Part shown: positions 27,093-36,822 of the stretch, in pieces | How positions within the stretch are numbered: the first letter of the stretch is position 1 | Layout: every line of letters starts with the position of its first letter | Origin: an uncultured candidatus Porisulfidus sp. | Lineage (GTDB): Bacteria > Pseudomonadota > Gammaproteobacteria > Poriferisulfidales > Poriferisulfidaceae | Direction: 5' to 3' | Length of the DNA stretch: 64,000 bases | Assembly (NCBI GenBank): GCA_965214545.1 | Contig: OZ243950.1 | Coordinates: 59,044-123,043 of the forward strand | The notes under the pieces: model-generated | The model's input: the letters and a program-made list of their open reading frames with translations, nothing else | What the model was told of the DNA's origin: nothing | Databases searched by the model: none | Translations under genes and position numbers: made by a program

Positions 27093-27149
27093 GTAGCATC
27101 ATTTTTTGATATAAATGGATCGAAGAGGTTCTAACGGGGGAGTTCCCGA

Positions 27150-28406
27150 ATGCCGGCCGGACACCTATTTCCACGTTATGCGACAGCCAGGCTGACTCGC
27201 ATGCTGACCCGCGATCCCGTCGTTCTCATTCATGGTCCGCGGCAATGTGGGAAAACGACGCTCGCGAAGATGGTCGCGGAGGCCGAAGGCTATGGCTATA
27301 TTGATTTTGACGAGAAGGAAGTGCGCGATTTTGCAAGAGCCGAGCCTGACGGCTTCGTCAAGTCTTTGCCTGAGCGCATCGTCATGGACGAGGTCCAGAG
27401 AGTGCCGGAAATGTTCGGTTCGCTCAAGGCAGAGGTCGACAGAAATCGCATTCCCGGCCGCTTCATACTGACCGGGTCAAGCAACATTTTATTGATGCCA
27501 AACCTTTCGGAGTCACTGACGGGACGGATGGGGATCATCCGGTTGCATCCGCTGGCACAAGGGGAATTGGTGCTGGATGTACGGCAGATCCAGCCCCCCG
27601 GTTTTCTGGATCGATTGTTCGCAAGAGACTTTCGGAGCGAGCCCTATTCTCCGGCGTCCATACCGCTCGTGCAGCGAGTGGTTGCCGGAGGCTACCCGGC
27701 CTCCATTGCCTGTGCGACGGATGCGGATCGAATGGACTGGTACAAGACCTACATTGACACGCTCATCCACCGCAATGTGCGGGACTTGGCCCGGATACGT
27801 TCGCTGGAAACCTTCTCAAAACTCGTTAGGCTGGCCTGCGCCTGTACCGGGCAACTGGTCAACGCGAACAATCTCGCGATGGCGCTCTCGGTCAGCCAGC
27901 CTACCGCCCAGCATCATCTCCTTCTTCTGAAACAGATGTTTCTGTTGGAAACGCTCGAGGCATGGAATCGCAACGAGATCAAGAAAATGGTCAAAAAGCC
28001 GAAGATGCATATGGGGGATACAGGAATTGTTTGCGCCTTGCTTAACAAGGATGCCGCCGCGCTGGAGACCAAGGACAGGAAGCTGTTTGGGCACGTGCTG
28101 GAGACCTTTGTGTTCCAGGAACTGCGTCGATACATTGACGGTTTCGGCACAAGGGATAGGCTGTTCCATTTTCGTGCCTCTGATTCCGAGGTCGACATCG
28201 TGGTGGAGCGCAACGGACGGTTCGTGGGCATTAAGATCAAGGCGGGCACCGATTTGTCCCGCCGCGACTTCAGGGGGCTGAACACGATGCGGGAAAGCCT
28301 GAAGGGGGATTTCTCGGTGGGAGTGATCCTCTACGCTGGCCGGTATATCCGGAAGCATGCCGAGGATATTTACGCGCTTCCCATCCAGGAGATCTGGGTG
28401 GCATAG
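27150..28406 (+). CDS. AAA+ ATPase (AAA_14) with DUF4143 C-terminal domain
   Basis: GPRQCGKTT, MDEVQR, FILTGS, SESLTGR, GGYP, KKPKMHMGDTG, GHVLETFV, SEVDIV. Confidence 0.9.
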   Translation: MPAGHLFPRYATARLTRMLTRDPVVLIHGPRQCGKTTLAKMVAEAEGYGYIDFDEKEVRDFARAEPDGFVKSLPERIVMDEVQRVPEMFGSLKAEVDRNRIPGRFILTGSSNILLMPNLSESLTGRMGIIRLHPLAQGELVLDVRQIQPPGFLDRLFARDFRSEPYSPASIPLVQRVVAGGYPASIACATDADRMDWYKTYIDTLIHRNVRDLARIRSLETFSKLVRLACACTGQLVNANNLAMALSVSQPTAQHHLLLLKQMFLLETLEAWNRNEIKKMVKKPKMHMGDTGIVCALLNKDAAALETKDRKLFGHVLETFVFQELRRYIDGFGTRDRLFHFRASDSEVDIVVERNGRFVGIKIKAGTDLSRRDFRGLNTMRESLKGDFSVGVILYAGRYIRKHAEDIYALPIQEIWVA

Positions 28407-28476
28407 CCCACCCGTCCCAGGCCGGGCGCCTTAATCTCCCCGGCATGATGCTGAGGAGCCCTGATAAAAGCGAGGC

Positions 28477-29259
28477 CTATACGGGCCGGTTCAGGATGAT
28501 TTCCAGGACCAGTTTGGTGCCGAGAAAACCGAGAACCAGAAAGACCAGGCCCGCCAGCGTCATGCCAGCGGCCAGCCGGCCCCGCCAACCGAACTGCCAA
28601 TGCCCCCAGAGAAGCGCGACAAGCGTGATCCACGCCAAGCCGGAAAAGGCCATTTTATGCAACATGCCGGGGCTGAATGGCTCGGTTAGTGCGCTGCCGC
28701 CGACCGCAAGCCCGACGGACAGCAGGATCAGGCCCAGTGCGATGATCTTGATCAGCAGGGATTCCATGCGATCCAACGGCGGCAGCCGGCCGGAGATCGG
28801 ATCGCCCAGATGACGAGAGCCGAGCTGGTGTTCCTTCAGCAACAGCATCAGGGCCTGGGCTCCGGCCAGCATCAGCGTGCCATAGGCCAGGAGCGAAATC
28901 ATGATGTGCACGCCGACGTTCCACGGAAGGGCGAGGGCTTGCGAACCTGTCGCGGGCTCGATCCAGATCGCCGCCAGGGCGCAGGGCAGGGTGATCAGAC
29001 CCAAGTGCCAGGTCGGCTGAAACACGGCCCAGGCCAGGACCAGCGCGTTGATCAGCAGCGCGGTCAGCGCCATGGCATTGAAGAAGGTAAACGTGAAGCT
29101 TCCCTCAGCCCCGGCAGGCTCGAACAGGACCCAGGCGTGCAGCACGCAGCCCGCCGCCCAGGCAACGGCCGTGGAGTTGCGGCTCAATTTGTCCGACAGG
29201 ATGCCCGCCAGGGCAACCAGGTACAGGGCGAACGGGATGACGGGCAGCAGCGGGGTCAT
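28477..29259 (-). CDS. Cytochrome c assembly family inner membrane protein (YpjD/CcsA-like)
   Basis: 8 TM; HIMISLLAY, LPPLDRMESLL, HKMAFS, GWRGR, GTKLVLE. Confidence 0.85.
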   Translation of the reverse strand: MTPLLPVIPFALYLVALAGILSDKLSRNSTAVAWAAGCVLHAWVLFEPAGAEGSFTFTFFNAMALTALLINALVLAWAVFQPTWHLGLITLPCALAAIWIEPATGSQALALPWNVGVHIMISLLAYGTLMLAGAQALMLLLKEHQLGSRHLGDPISGRLPPLDRMESLLIKIIALGLILLSVGLAVGGSALTEPFSPGMLHKMAFSGLAWITLVALLWGHWQFGWRGRLAAGMTLAGLVFLVLGFLGTKLVLEIILNRPV

Positions 29260-29347
29260 AAAAAAATCTGGACAGCCCGCATATTCTATATACTGGCGGA
29301 TTGATTCATGCAGGAAGGCGGCATTGGCCGGCATTGAGGATGGGCAT

Positions 29348-30622
29348 ATGAAGATTGAAACCCTGGCCGTACACGGCGGCTACGAACCGGAAGCGACTAC
29401 CAAGGCGGTGGCCGTGCCGGTCTACCAGACCACGTCGTACGCGTTCGATGACACGCAACACGGGGCAGACCTGTTCGACCTCAAGGTCGAGGGCAACATC
29501 TACACCCGCATCATGAACCCGACCACGGCGGTGCTGGAGAAGCGCGTCGCCGAACTGGAAGGCGGGGTCGGGGCGCTGGGGCTGGCCTCCGGGATGGCGG
29601 CCATCACCGATGCCATCTTGACGATCGCGGGCAGCGGCGACAACATTGTATCCACGTCTACCTTGTACGGCGGCACCTACAACCTGTTCGCGCATGCCTT
29701 GCCGCGGCTGGGGATCGACGTTCGTTTCGTCGACCCGGACGACTTGGCGGCCATGGAGGCCTGCATCGACGAGCATACGCGGCTGGTTTTCTGCGAGACC
29801 ATCGGGAACCCGCTCGGCAATGTTGCGGACCTGGCGGCGTTGGCCGACCTGGCGCATGCGCACGGCGTGCCGTTGATGGTGGACAATACGGTGCCGACCC
29901 CGGTGCTGTGCCGGCCGTTCGAGTTCGGGGCCGACATCGTGATTCATTCCCTGACCAAGTACATGGGGGGGCACGGCACGTCGATCGGCGGCATCGTGGT
30001 GGATTCCGGGACATTCCCGTGGGCCGACCGTGCGGACCGTTTTCCCATGATGAGCGAGCCGGATGCGTCCTATCATGGCGTGGTCTACACCGACCTCGGC
30101 GCGGCGGCCTACATCACGCGGGTGCGGGTGGTCCCGTTGCGCAACATGGGCGCGGCGCTGTCGCCGTTCAACAGCTTCCTGATTCTTCAGGGGATCGAGA
30201 GTTTGCCGTTGCGCATGGAGCGGCATTGCGAGAATGCCCAAAAGGTCGCGGAATTCCTGCAGGAACACGACCAGGTCAGCTGGGTGCAGTTCGCGGGGCT
30301 TGCGGATCATCCGCATCATGACCGGGTGCAGCGGTACATGGGCGGGCGGGCGTCGTCCATCCTGAGCTTTGGCATCAAAGGCGGCGCGGAAGCGGGCGGG
30401 CGATTCATCGACGCCCTGGATCTGATCGTCCGTCTGGTCAACATCGGGGACGCCAAGTCGCTGGCCTGTCACCCGGCGACCACCACGCACCGGCAGTTGG
30501 ACGAGGCGTCCATGAAGGCGGCCGGTGTGACTCCGGACATGGTGCGCCTGTCGATCGGCATCGAGCATATCGACGACATTCTCGAAGACATCGACCAGGC
30601 CTTGCGGGCCGCAAAAGCCTGA
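29348..30622 (+). CDS. metY: O-acetylhomoserine aminocarboxypropyltransferase (sulfhydrylase)
   Basis: PVYQTTSY, GNIYTRIMNPT, HSLTKYMGGHG (PLP Lys), NIGDAKSL, HPATTTHRQL. Confidence 0.93.
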   Translation: MKIETLAVHGGYEPEATTKAVAVPVYQTTSYAFDDTQHGADLFDLKVEGNIYTRIMNPTTAVLEKRVAELEGGVGALGLASGMAAITDAILTIAGSGDNIVSTSTLYGGTYNLFAHALPRLGIDVRFVDPDDLAAMEACIDEHTRLVFCETIGNPLGNVADLAALADLAHAHGVPLMVDNTVPTPVLCRPFEFGADIVIHSLTKYMGGHGTSIGGIVVDSGTFPWADRADRFPMMSEPDASYHGVVYTDLGAAAYITRVRVVPLRNMGAALSPFNSFLILQGIESLPLRMERHCENAQKVAEFLQEHDQVSWVQFAGLADHPHHDRVQRYMGGRASSILSFGIKGGAEAGGRFIDALDLIVRLVNIGDAKSLACHPATTTHRQLDEASMKAAGVTPDMVRLSIGIEHIDDILEDIDQALRAAKA

Positions 30623-30638
30623 GCGCGGCCCGGGCGGG

Positions 30639-32585
30639 CTATCGAGGGCGGATCGGCTGGATCTGCGGCCAGATCGGCGACGTGTCCCGGCCGGCCTGCC
30701 ACTGGTAGATGATGGCGTATTCCAGCACGATGCGGACGTATTTGCGAGTCTCCTGGAACGGGATCGTGTCGATCCAGATGTCGGCATCCGTCTCGAAATC
30801 CGGGCGCCAGCGGTCGACCGCCCCAGGACCGGCGTTGTAGGCGGCCAAGGCCATCGCGGGATTGCCGTCGTAGCGTCGGAGCATGTCCGCGATGTAGCGG
30901 CTGCCGAGGCGGATATTCAGGGCAGGGCGCTTCAGGGATTGGGTCCGGGGGCGTTTCAGTTTGAGAGACCGGGCCACCTGGCGCGCGGTGGCTGGCATCA
31001 ATTGCATCAGGCCGACGGCCCCGGCCGGGGAGCGCGTGTCCGCCGCGAATGCGCTTTCGCGTCGCGAGATGGCGAACAGCAGGGACGCATCCATCTGGTT
31101 GCGTCGGGCTTCTTTCTCGAACAGGTCGGCGTGCGCCCGCGGGAAGCGGCGCTTGAGGTCGTCGAAGTTGCGGCTTTTCCCGAACGCGCGGATGGTGCCT
31201 TCGTGCCAGCCCCAGCCGCTGGCGGCGAGCGCGGCGCGATTGAGTTGCTCCGCGCTGCCGTGGGCCATCAGGTCGTACCATTCTTCACGAGCGTTCATGA
31301 TGCTTCTGTGATGGAGGAACTCACGGGCGCGCTTCAGCGCGGGCGGGTCTTCCGGGGCAACCTGGTCTCGCAGGGTGGGAGTATGGTTCAGGGCATGCGG
31401 CCGGTTGAGCCGTTCGGCTGCCAGGAATCCGTAGTAGCCCCGGTGGTGGGCGATTTTCTCGAACAGCTTGGCGCTTTCAGCGTCCCGGCCGAGTTGTTTT
31501 AGTGCGCGGGCCTGCCAGTACGGGCCCATCTGCTGGTACGGGTAGGCGTCCGGCAATTCCTGGGAGGCTTCCAGGATTTTCTGCCAGTCCCGTTCGTGCA
31601 GGGCCAGGCGCAGGCGCATGTGCCGGAACGTGCCGTCGCGCAAGTAGCGCGGCGTGGCTTCCATCAATGAATGGGCCAATGGCAAACCGTCGCTGGCGGC
31701 CTCCAGGGCGATGCGGTAGCGCAAATCCTGGATCTGCTTGAGGCTGAGCACCTTGGCCTTGCGGAAGCCTTCGTACCACTCGTGGGCAGCCTCCGGGTCC
31801 TTGCGTGCGCGGCGGGTGATGCCGTGCGCGACGATCCGGCGCGCGTGGGGGCTGTCGGATTTAAGGCGGCGGTCCCGCAGGTAGCGTTTGGGGTTCCGGT
31901 GGACCTGGATCCAGAGATCGACCCAGCCGCGATCCTTTTTCGGCAGGAAGCGTTTGAGGTAGCGGGCCAGCCGGGTGTTGCGCTTCTCCATGCTCAACTG
32001 GATGCGCTGCCAGACCAGTTCATCGGTCAGCCCGTTGTTCCGGAACCATTTGAGCAGGGGGTCGCAGATCTTGGGTCGAGATTTGCCGTGCAGCCAGATG
32101 GAATGGATCAGGGGCTCCAGTTCCGGGGTGGATTTCTTGAGACGGATGTGGGAACGGACGTACAGGCACTGGAGGCTGGCGTCGCCGTATTCCTGGTAGG
32201 CCTGGATCAGTTGAGTGTACTGGCGGCGCTTGAACAGGGCGCGTAGCCAGGCGTTGTGCAGTCGGCGGCTCAGGTGCGAGTCTTTGTGCTCGACGATGAA
32301 TGCTGCGATCTGCGGGTCGTGCGAGCCTCCCCGGCGCACCACCAAGTAACGGTAGTCGAGGTAGGAGGCCAGCGGATAGTCGCCGAGCTGCTTGCGCAGG
32401 CGGTGGAAGCGCTTGGTTTGGCCTTTGCGCAGTGCTTTCAGGGCCTGGCTGTAGACCGTGCGCTGGGCCGTCAGTTCGCGCTCGCCAGGTTTGGTCTCCG
32501 AGGCAAGAGCCGGCAGGGCAGTCAAAAGGGCGAATGCCAGCACCCAGCACGTATACTGTCGGTGAGAGTGAGGCGTGCGGGGCAC
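30639..32585 (-). CDS. slt: Soluble lytic murein transglycosylase Slt70-like (start uncertain)
   Basis: Signal peptide, DYPLASYL, RRESAF, GAVGLMQLMPATA, AAYNAGPG, IPFQETRKYV. Confidence 0.92.
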   Translation of the reverse strand: MPRTPHSHRQYTCWVLAFALLTALPALASETKPGERELTAQRTVYSQALKALRKGQTKRFHRLRKQLGDYPLASYLDYRYLVVRRGGSHDPQIAAFIVEHKDSHLSRRLHNAWLRALFKRRQYTQLIQAYQEYGDASLQCLYVRSHIRLKKSTPELEPLIHSIWLHGKSRPKICDPLLKWFRNNGLTDELVWQRIQLSMEKRNTRLARYLKRFLPKKDRGWVDLWIQVHRNPKRYLRDRRLKSDSPHARRIVAHGITRRARKDPEAAHEWYEGFRKAKVLSLKQIQDLRYRIALEAASDGLPLAHSLMEATPRYLRDGTFRHMRLRLALHERDWQKILEASQELPDAYPYQQMGPYWQARALKQLGRDAESAKLFEKIAHHRGYYGFLAAERLNRPHALNHTPTLRDQVAPEDPPALKRAREFLHHRSIMNAREEWYDLMAHGSAEQLNRAALAASGWGWHEGTIRAFGKSRNFDDLKRRFPRAHADLFEKEARRNQMDASLLFAISRRESAFAADTRSPAGAVGLMQLMPATARQVARSLKLKRPRTQSLKRPALNIRLGSRYIADMLRRYDGNPAMALAAYNAGPGAVDRWRPDFETDADIWIDTIPFQETRKYVRIVLEYAIIYQWQAGRDTSPIWPQIQPIRPR

Positions 32586-32589
32586 CCGT

Positions 32590-32823
32590 ATGGACTGGGA
32601 CTGGAACTGGATCATCAATCTGCCACAGTACCGTTACGGCCTGACCGTGTTCGGCTTGATGGCGGTCGTTCCGGCTCTGGTCAGCGGGAACATGCTGATC
32701 CACGAGCTGGCTCGGTTCCGGCAGGGGAAGAAGGATGCAGACGGGAAGGCCGTGGGATTCAATGCGGTCGCCCTGGTCGTCAGTGTGGCGTTCATCGCGG
32801 CAGCGATCTGGCAGTGGCTCTAG
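32590..32823 (+). CDS. Small membrane protein (77 aa), unknown function
   Basis: MDWDWNWIINLPQYRYGLTVFGLMAVVPALV...AVALVVSVAFIAAAIWQWL, two hydrophobic helices. Confidence 0.55.
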   Translation: MDWDWNWIINLPQYRYGLTVFGLMAVVPALVSGNMLIHELARFRQGKKDADGKAVGFNAVALVVSVAFIAAAIWQWL

Positions 32824-33953
32824 GCCTTGCGTAAAACCGTGAAGGCGCCTTGGCGCGATTCGGTTTGTTGGGCGATTTCTTCTTCGATCCGCTCGGAGTA
32901 GTGGTAGATCGGAACGCTGCGATGAAGGCGTTGCGCGACCGTATCCGAATAATAGTCCGGTTCGCTGAACCCTGAGCCGAACTCCGGGTTCGATCCCGTG
33001 CATTCGGGTGCCAGGATGAGTGTGCCGCCCGCAGGAAGTTGGCGGGCGGCCAACTTCAGGTCCAGGGTGCCCGGGTCGGTGACGCAGAGCACGTCGCAGG
33101 AGTTTTCGGCCGGGGCCGGGTCGGGGCATTCCAGCGGACCGTGTCCCCGGGTTGAGCAGGCTTGATCCAGGGCGCGCAGCGTGTCGGGAGATTCCATGGA
33201 GCCGAGGACCAAGGCCCGGGTGACGCGGGTATAAGGACTGTAGAGGCATTCGAGTGCAAGAATGCCGGCATCCGCGCCGGTTGCCGTCAGGCGCACCGGA
33301 CGGCGCGGGCCGTGTTGGTTGCGGATAATTTGTTCCACGACGGCGTGATGGCGGCCGAGACGCCAGAAGCGCCGAATCTCGGATTGCCAAAACCTATGGA
33401 TCATTTCGGCATTTCCTTCGAGGCCCAGAGCCATGGCGCATCGCGGAGCCTGCTCAAAGAGCCACCGGGCCGTGCTCGGGATGACAGGCGGCCAGCGTCG
33501 GCCGACTCGCATGGACATGACACCGTCGTTCTCCGCCCAGATATTGCTGATACCGATGTAGCGTGAGCGGCTGCGGAAGATGTTCTCCAGAGAGCTGCGG
33601 GACCACAGGCCCTGGTCGCAGGCCTGGGCTTCCGGATAGACCGGAAGGATAACGGCGCCATCGGGTTTTATCAGGCCCAGCAGGTGGCGCAGGAACGCGG
33701 CTCCCCAATTATTGGAGAACAAGGGAAAACTGATGCCGATGAAGATGCGGTCCAGTGAGAACGGCGCGAACGGATAGAACACGTTGCCGGTCTCATCCTT
33801 GCCGGGGTCTTGTCGGAAGTTCGACGAATCCGTAGTGAAACTCCGGATGTCGTCCGATGGGCGGATCTGGTTATGTTTGTCGCGCTGTTCGCTGAAGTAG
33901 TACTCCAGGTCTTCCTCGATGTCGGAGGATGAGCGGTGCAGGGCAATGTCCAT
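32820..33953 (-). CDS. Hypothetical protein with degenerate class I methyltransferase-like motifs
   Basis: YPFAPFSLDRIF...LLGLIKPDGAVIL and CDVLCV...QLPAGGTLIL resemble SAM-MTase post-II/III motifs. Confidence 0.5.
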   Translation of the reverse strand: MDIALHRSSSDIEEDLEYYFSEQRDKHNQIRPSDDIRSFTTDSSNFRQDPGKDETGNVFYPFAPFSLDRIFIGISFPLFSNNWGAAFLRHLLGLIKPDGAVILPVYPEAQACDQGLWSRSSLENIFRSRSRYIGISNIWAENDGVMSMRVGRRWPPVIPSTARWLFEQAPRCAMALGLEGNAEMIHRFWQSEIRRFWRLGRHHAVVEQIIRNQHGPRRPVRLTATGADAGILALECLYSPYTRVTRALVLGSMESPDTLRALDQACSTRGHGPLECPDPAPAENSCDVLCVTDPGTLDLKLAARQLPAGGTLILAPECTGSNPEFGSGFSEPDYYSDTVAQRLHRSVPIYHYSERIEEEIAQQTESRQGAFTVLRKA

Positions 33954-33964
33954 GGATCAGGGAG

Positions 33965-34384
33965 TCAGAGTACCAGGGTGTCGGGACGTTCGTAGTGGTT
34001 TTGGATGTAGTCGTTCAGGTCGCTCACCCAGTGTGGGTCCGGGGCCTCTGGCGGCAACGCACTCATGTCGGCGCGGGCGCGGGACAGGTCAGACTGAGGA
34101 TCTTCCAGAAATTTATCGCATTGAGTCAGGACGGCGGTGGCCTCACGGCGGTAGATCTCCTCGAACACGGCAGCGATCACACGTTGGGTGAGTACGGGCC
34201 GGGTGACCTTAAGGTGGGTGCAGATGCGTTCGGTCAGGCCGATCAAGGCGCCATTGATGCGGGCGTCCTGCTGCATCGCAACCGGGACGTTTCCAAGGTC
34301 ATCCTGGACGCGGCTGAGGCAGGGCAGGAGTAGGGCAAGGGTTTTCTGGCGGGCCTTGAGGGTGCGGGGCTTGAGGAACTCCAT
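33965..34384 (-). CDS. Hypothetical protein
   Basis: 139 aa ORF with plausible helical composition, 11 nt upstream of next gene. Confidence 0.6.
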   Translation of the reverse strand: MEFLKPRTLKARQKTLALLLPCLSRVQDDLGNVPVAMQQDARINGALIGLTERICTHLKVTRPVLTQRVIAAVFEEIYRREATAVLTQCDKFLEDPQSDLSRARADMSALPPEAPDPHWVSDLNDYIQNHYERPDTLVL

Positions 34385-34890
34385 GGGGATGCGGCAACTG
34401 AATGCCCCATTTTAGCAAGGATGAAGGGAAGGCTTTTGGTTTCCAATGGCTCGTGAGTGTGGATCAGGCTCCGACCTTGACCCGGAAAACTCAGGCAACT
34501 CACTGTGCATAGGTTCAGGGCCAAAAGCCTTAAGATTAGGGTGGGAGAAGGGGAGGCGGAAGTCTGAAATCCATGTGCGCATGCCCGGAATTGGTGGAGA
34601 ATTTGCTTGATTGGAAATGGTAAGTTTCTAATATAAATTTTTTAAGTTCCAAATAAATATTTGATTAAAAACATATTCTATTAAAATAATTTTCTTGATT
34701 GGCTTTTCCGGTTTTCAGGGTGCGGGAACCCTTATTCGGAAGAGGATAGGCGAGTCGGAATTCCCGCTTCCGGGAACATAACTGCCGGGCAACACCCCAG
34801 GGCCAGCCCTCTTTGAGGAAGGCCGAAATCCCCATATGCTAAAGTAAACGCACACTTTTTGGCGGACTATCCCACGACGGAATCACCCAC

Positions 34891-36696
34891 ATGAGGACAT
34901 TCTGGAGAAAGACCGCCAAAAAAATCCCGAGATACATAAAGACCCGGTTCCTGCCCTTCCTTGAATGGCTGCCGGAACTGCGCTCTTCTTCCGTCCTGAA
35001 GGCGGACCTCATCGCTGGGGTCACGGTGGCCTTGGTCATCGTTCCGCAATCGATGGCGTACGCCCAACTGGCGGGTCTGCCGACTTATTACGGCCTGTAC
35101 GCCTCGTTTTTGCCCGTCATTGTCTCGGCAGTGTTCGGGTCGTCCCGCCAACTGGCGACCGGCCCGGTGGCCGTGATCTCGCTGCTGACCGCATCGGCCC
35201 TGGAGCCGATCGCGTCGTCAGGCTCGGAAGGTTATATCGCCTACGCGATCATGCTCGCGCTGATGGTGGGCGTGTTCCAGATCGCCCTGGGGCTTTTGCG
35301 CCTGGGGGTGCTGGTGGATTTCCTGTCGCATCCGGTGGTTCTGGGCTTCACCAATGCAGCCGCCCTGATCATCGCCACGTCCCAGATGGGCAAGTTGCTG
35401 GGCGTAGTCGCCGAGAAGAGCGAGCACCACTACGAGACGGTCTGGAACATTTTCGTGGCCGCGTCCGAAGCCACGCATTGGCCGACCGTGGCCATGAGCG
35501 TGGTGGCCATCGCCCTGATGTACCTGCTGCCAAAATACTGGCGGAAAGTACCTGCCATCCTGGTTGCGGCGGTCCTAACCACGGTGGCGTCCTGGGCGAT
35601 GGGCTTCAAGGAGAATTTCGGCGGCGCCATTGTCGGATCCATTCCAGAAGGTCTGCCAAGCTTTGTCCTGCCGACGATTGATTTTAGCTACTTGCTGGAC
35701 CTGGCAGGAGTCGCGATCGCTATCTCGCTGATCGGCTTCATGGAGGCCTTTTCCGTGGCCAAGTCCATGTCGATGAGAAAGACGCGCCAGCACCTGGATG
35801 CGAACCAGGAGCTGCTGGGCCAGGGCCTCGGCAACCTGGCCGCCAGCATGTTCCAGGGCTATGCGGTTTCCGGGTCGTTTTCCCGCTCTGCCGTGAATCT
35901 CGCGGCAGGGGCCGCCACCGGCTTTTCCTCCGTCGTGACAGGCCTGCTGGTCGCCGCGACCCTCCTGTTCTTGACGCCGATCCTGTACCACATGCCGCAG
36001 GCCATGCTGGCTTCCGTCATCATCATCGCCGTCGTGGGGCTGATCCGGGTCAGGCCGATCATTGATGCCTGGAAAGTCCAGAAGCACGATGCCGTCGTTT
36101 CGGTCATCACATTCGTGCTGACGCTGGCGTTCGCCCCGCACTTGGAGAATGGGATCATCATCGGGGTGCTTTTATCGCTCGGCCTGTTCGTCTATCGCAT
36201 CATGCGCCCGAACATCAGCCTGATTTCACGCGACAGCATGGGCAAATTCGCCGATGCCCGGCGGCGAATCCTGGAAACCTGCTGCAGCATCTCGATGCTG
36301 CGCTTCGACGGGCCGCTGTTTTTCGCCAACACCGGTTATTTCAGCGACCAGGTCCTGCGGGCCGCTGCTTCGGCCGAGGGCCTGCGCTACATCATCGTGG
36401 ATGCGAGCAGCATCACGGAGATCGACTCCACCGGCGAGCACATGCTGCACAGCCTCGCGCGGGAACTGGTGGATTCCAACATCACGTTCATCGTGACCCG
36501 GGCCAAGCCCGAGATTATGGAGATTTTCGAGCGCACCGGATTCGCCAACCCGGAGTGGAGCGAATATTTCACGGCTACCCGGGAACAAGCGCTGGATTAT
36601 GCGATCAAGCAGATGAGGATCTGCGGAGACAAGCCCTGCGGCTGTACGCGGGACAAGTGCCCGATGATGAACAAGCCCAAACCCGGGACGGTATAG
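34891..36696 (+). CDS. SulP/SLC26 inorganic anion transporter with STAS domain
   Basis: DLIAGVTVALVIVPQSMAYAQLAG, GSSRQLATGP, ANQEL, GSFSRSAVN, STAS RFDGPLFFAN and IDSTG. Confidence 0.95.
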   Translation: MRTFWRKTAKKIPRYIKTRFLPFLEWLPELRSSSVLKADLIAGVTVALVIVPQSMAYAQLAGLPTYYGLYASFLPVIVSAVFGSSRQLATGPVAVISLLTASALEPIASSGSEGYIAYAIMLALMVGVFQIALGLLRLGVLVDFLSHPVVLGFTNAAALIIATSQMGKLLGVVAEKSEHHYETVWNIFVAASEATHWPTVAMSVVAIALMYLLPKYWRKVPAILVAAVLTTVASWAMGFKENFGGAIVGSIPEGLPSFVLPTIDFSYLLDLAGVAIAISLIGFMEAFSVAKSMSMRKTRQHLDANQELLGQGLGNLAASMFQGYAVSGSFSRSAVNLAAGAATGFSSVVTGLLVAATLLFLTPILYHMPQAMLASVIIIAVVGLIRVRPIIDAWKVQKHDAVVSVITFVLTLAFAPHLENGIIIGVLLSLGLFVYRIMRPNISLISRDSMGKFADARRRILETCCSISMLRFDGPLFFANTGYFSDQVLRAAASAEGLRYIIVDASSITEIDSTGEHMLHSLARELVDSNITFIVTRAKPEIMEIFERTGFANPEWSEYFTATREQALDYAIKQMRICGDKPCGCTRDKCPMMNKPKPGTV

Positions 36697-36822
36697 GCAT
36701 TGCGGTGGACGGCCTGCTTTTTAAGGCCTGCGTTTTGGCCGATTCGGGACAGGGTGCGGTGTATAATAGCCGCCAGACAAGCGATCCTTCGCGCATATCT
36801 TTTTAGAGACCTCATAAACGTC

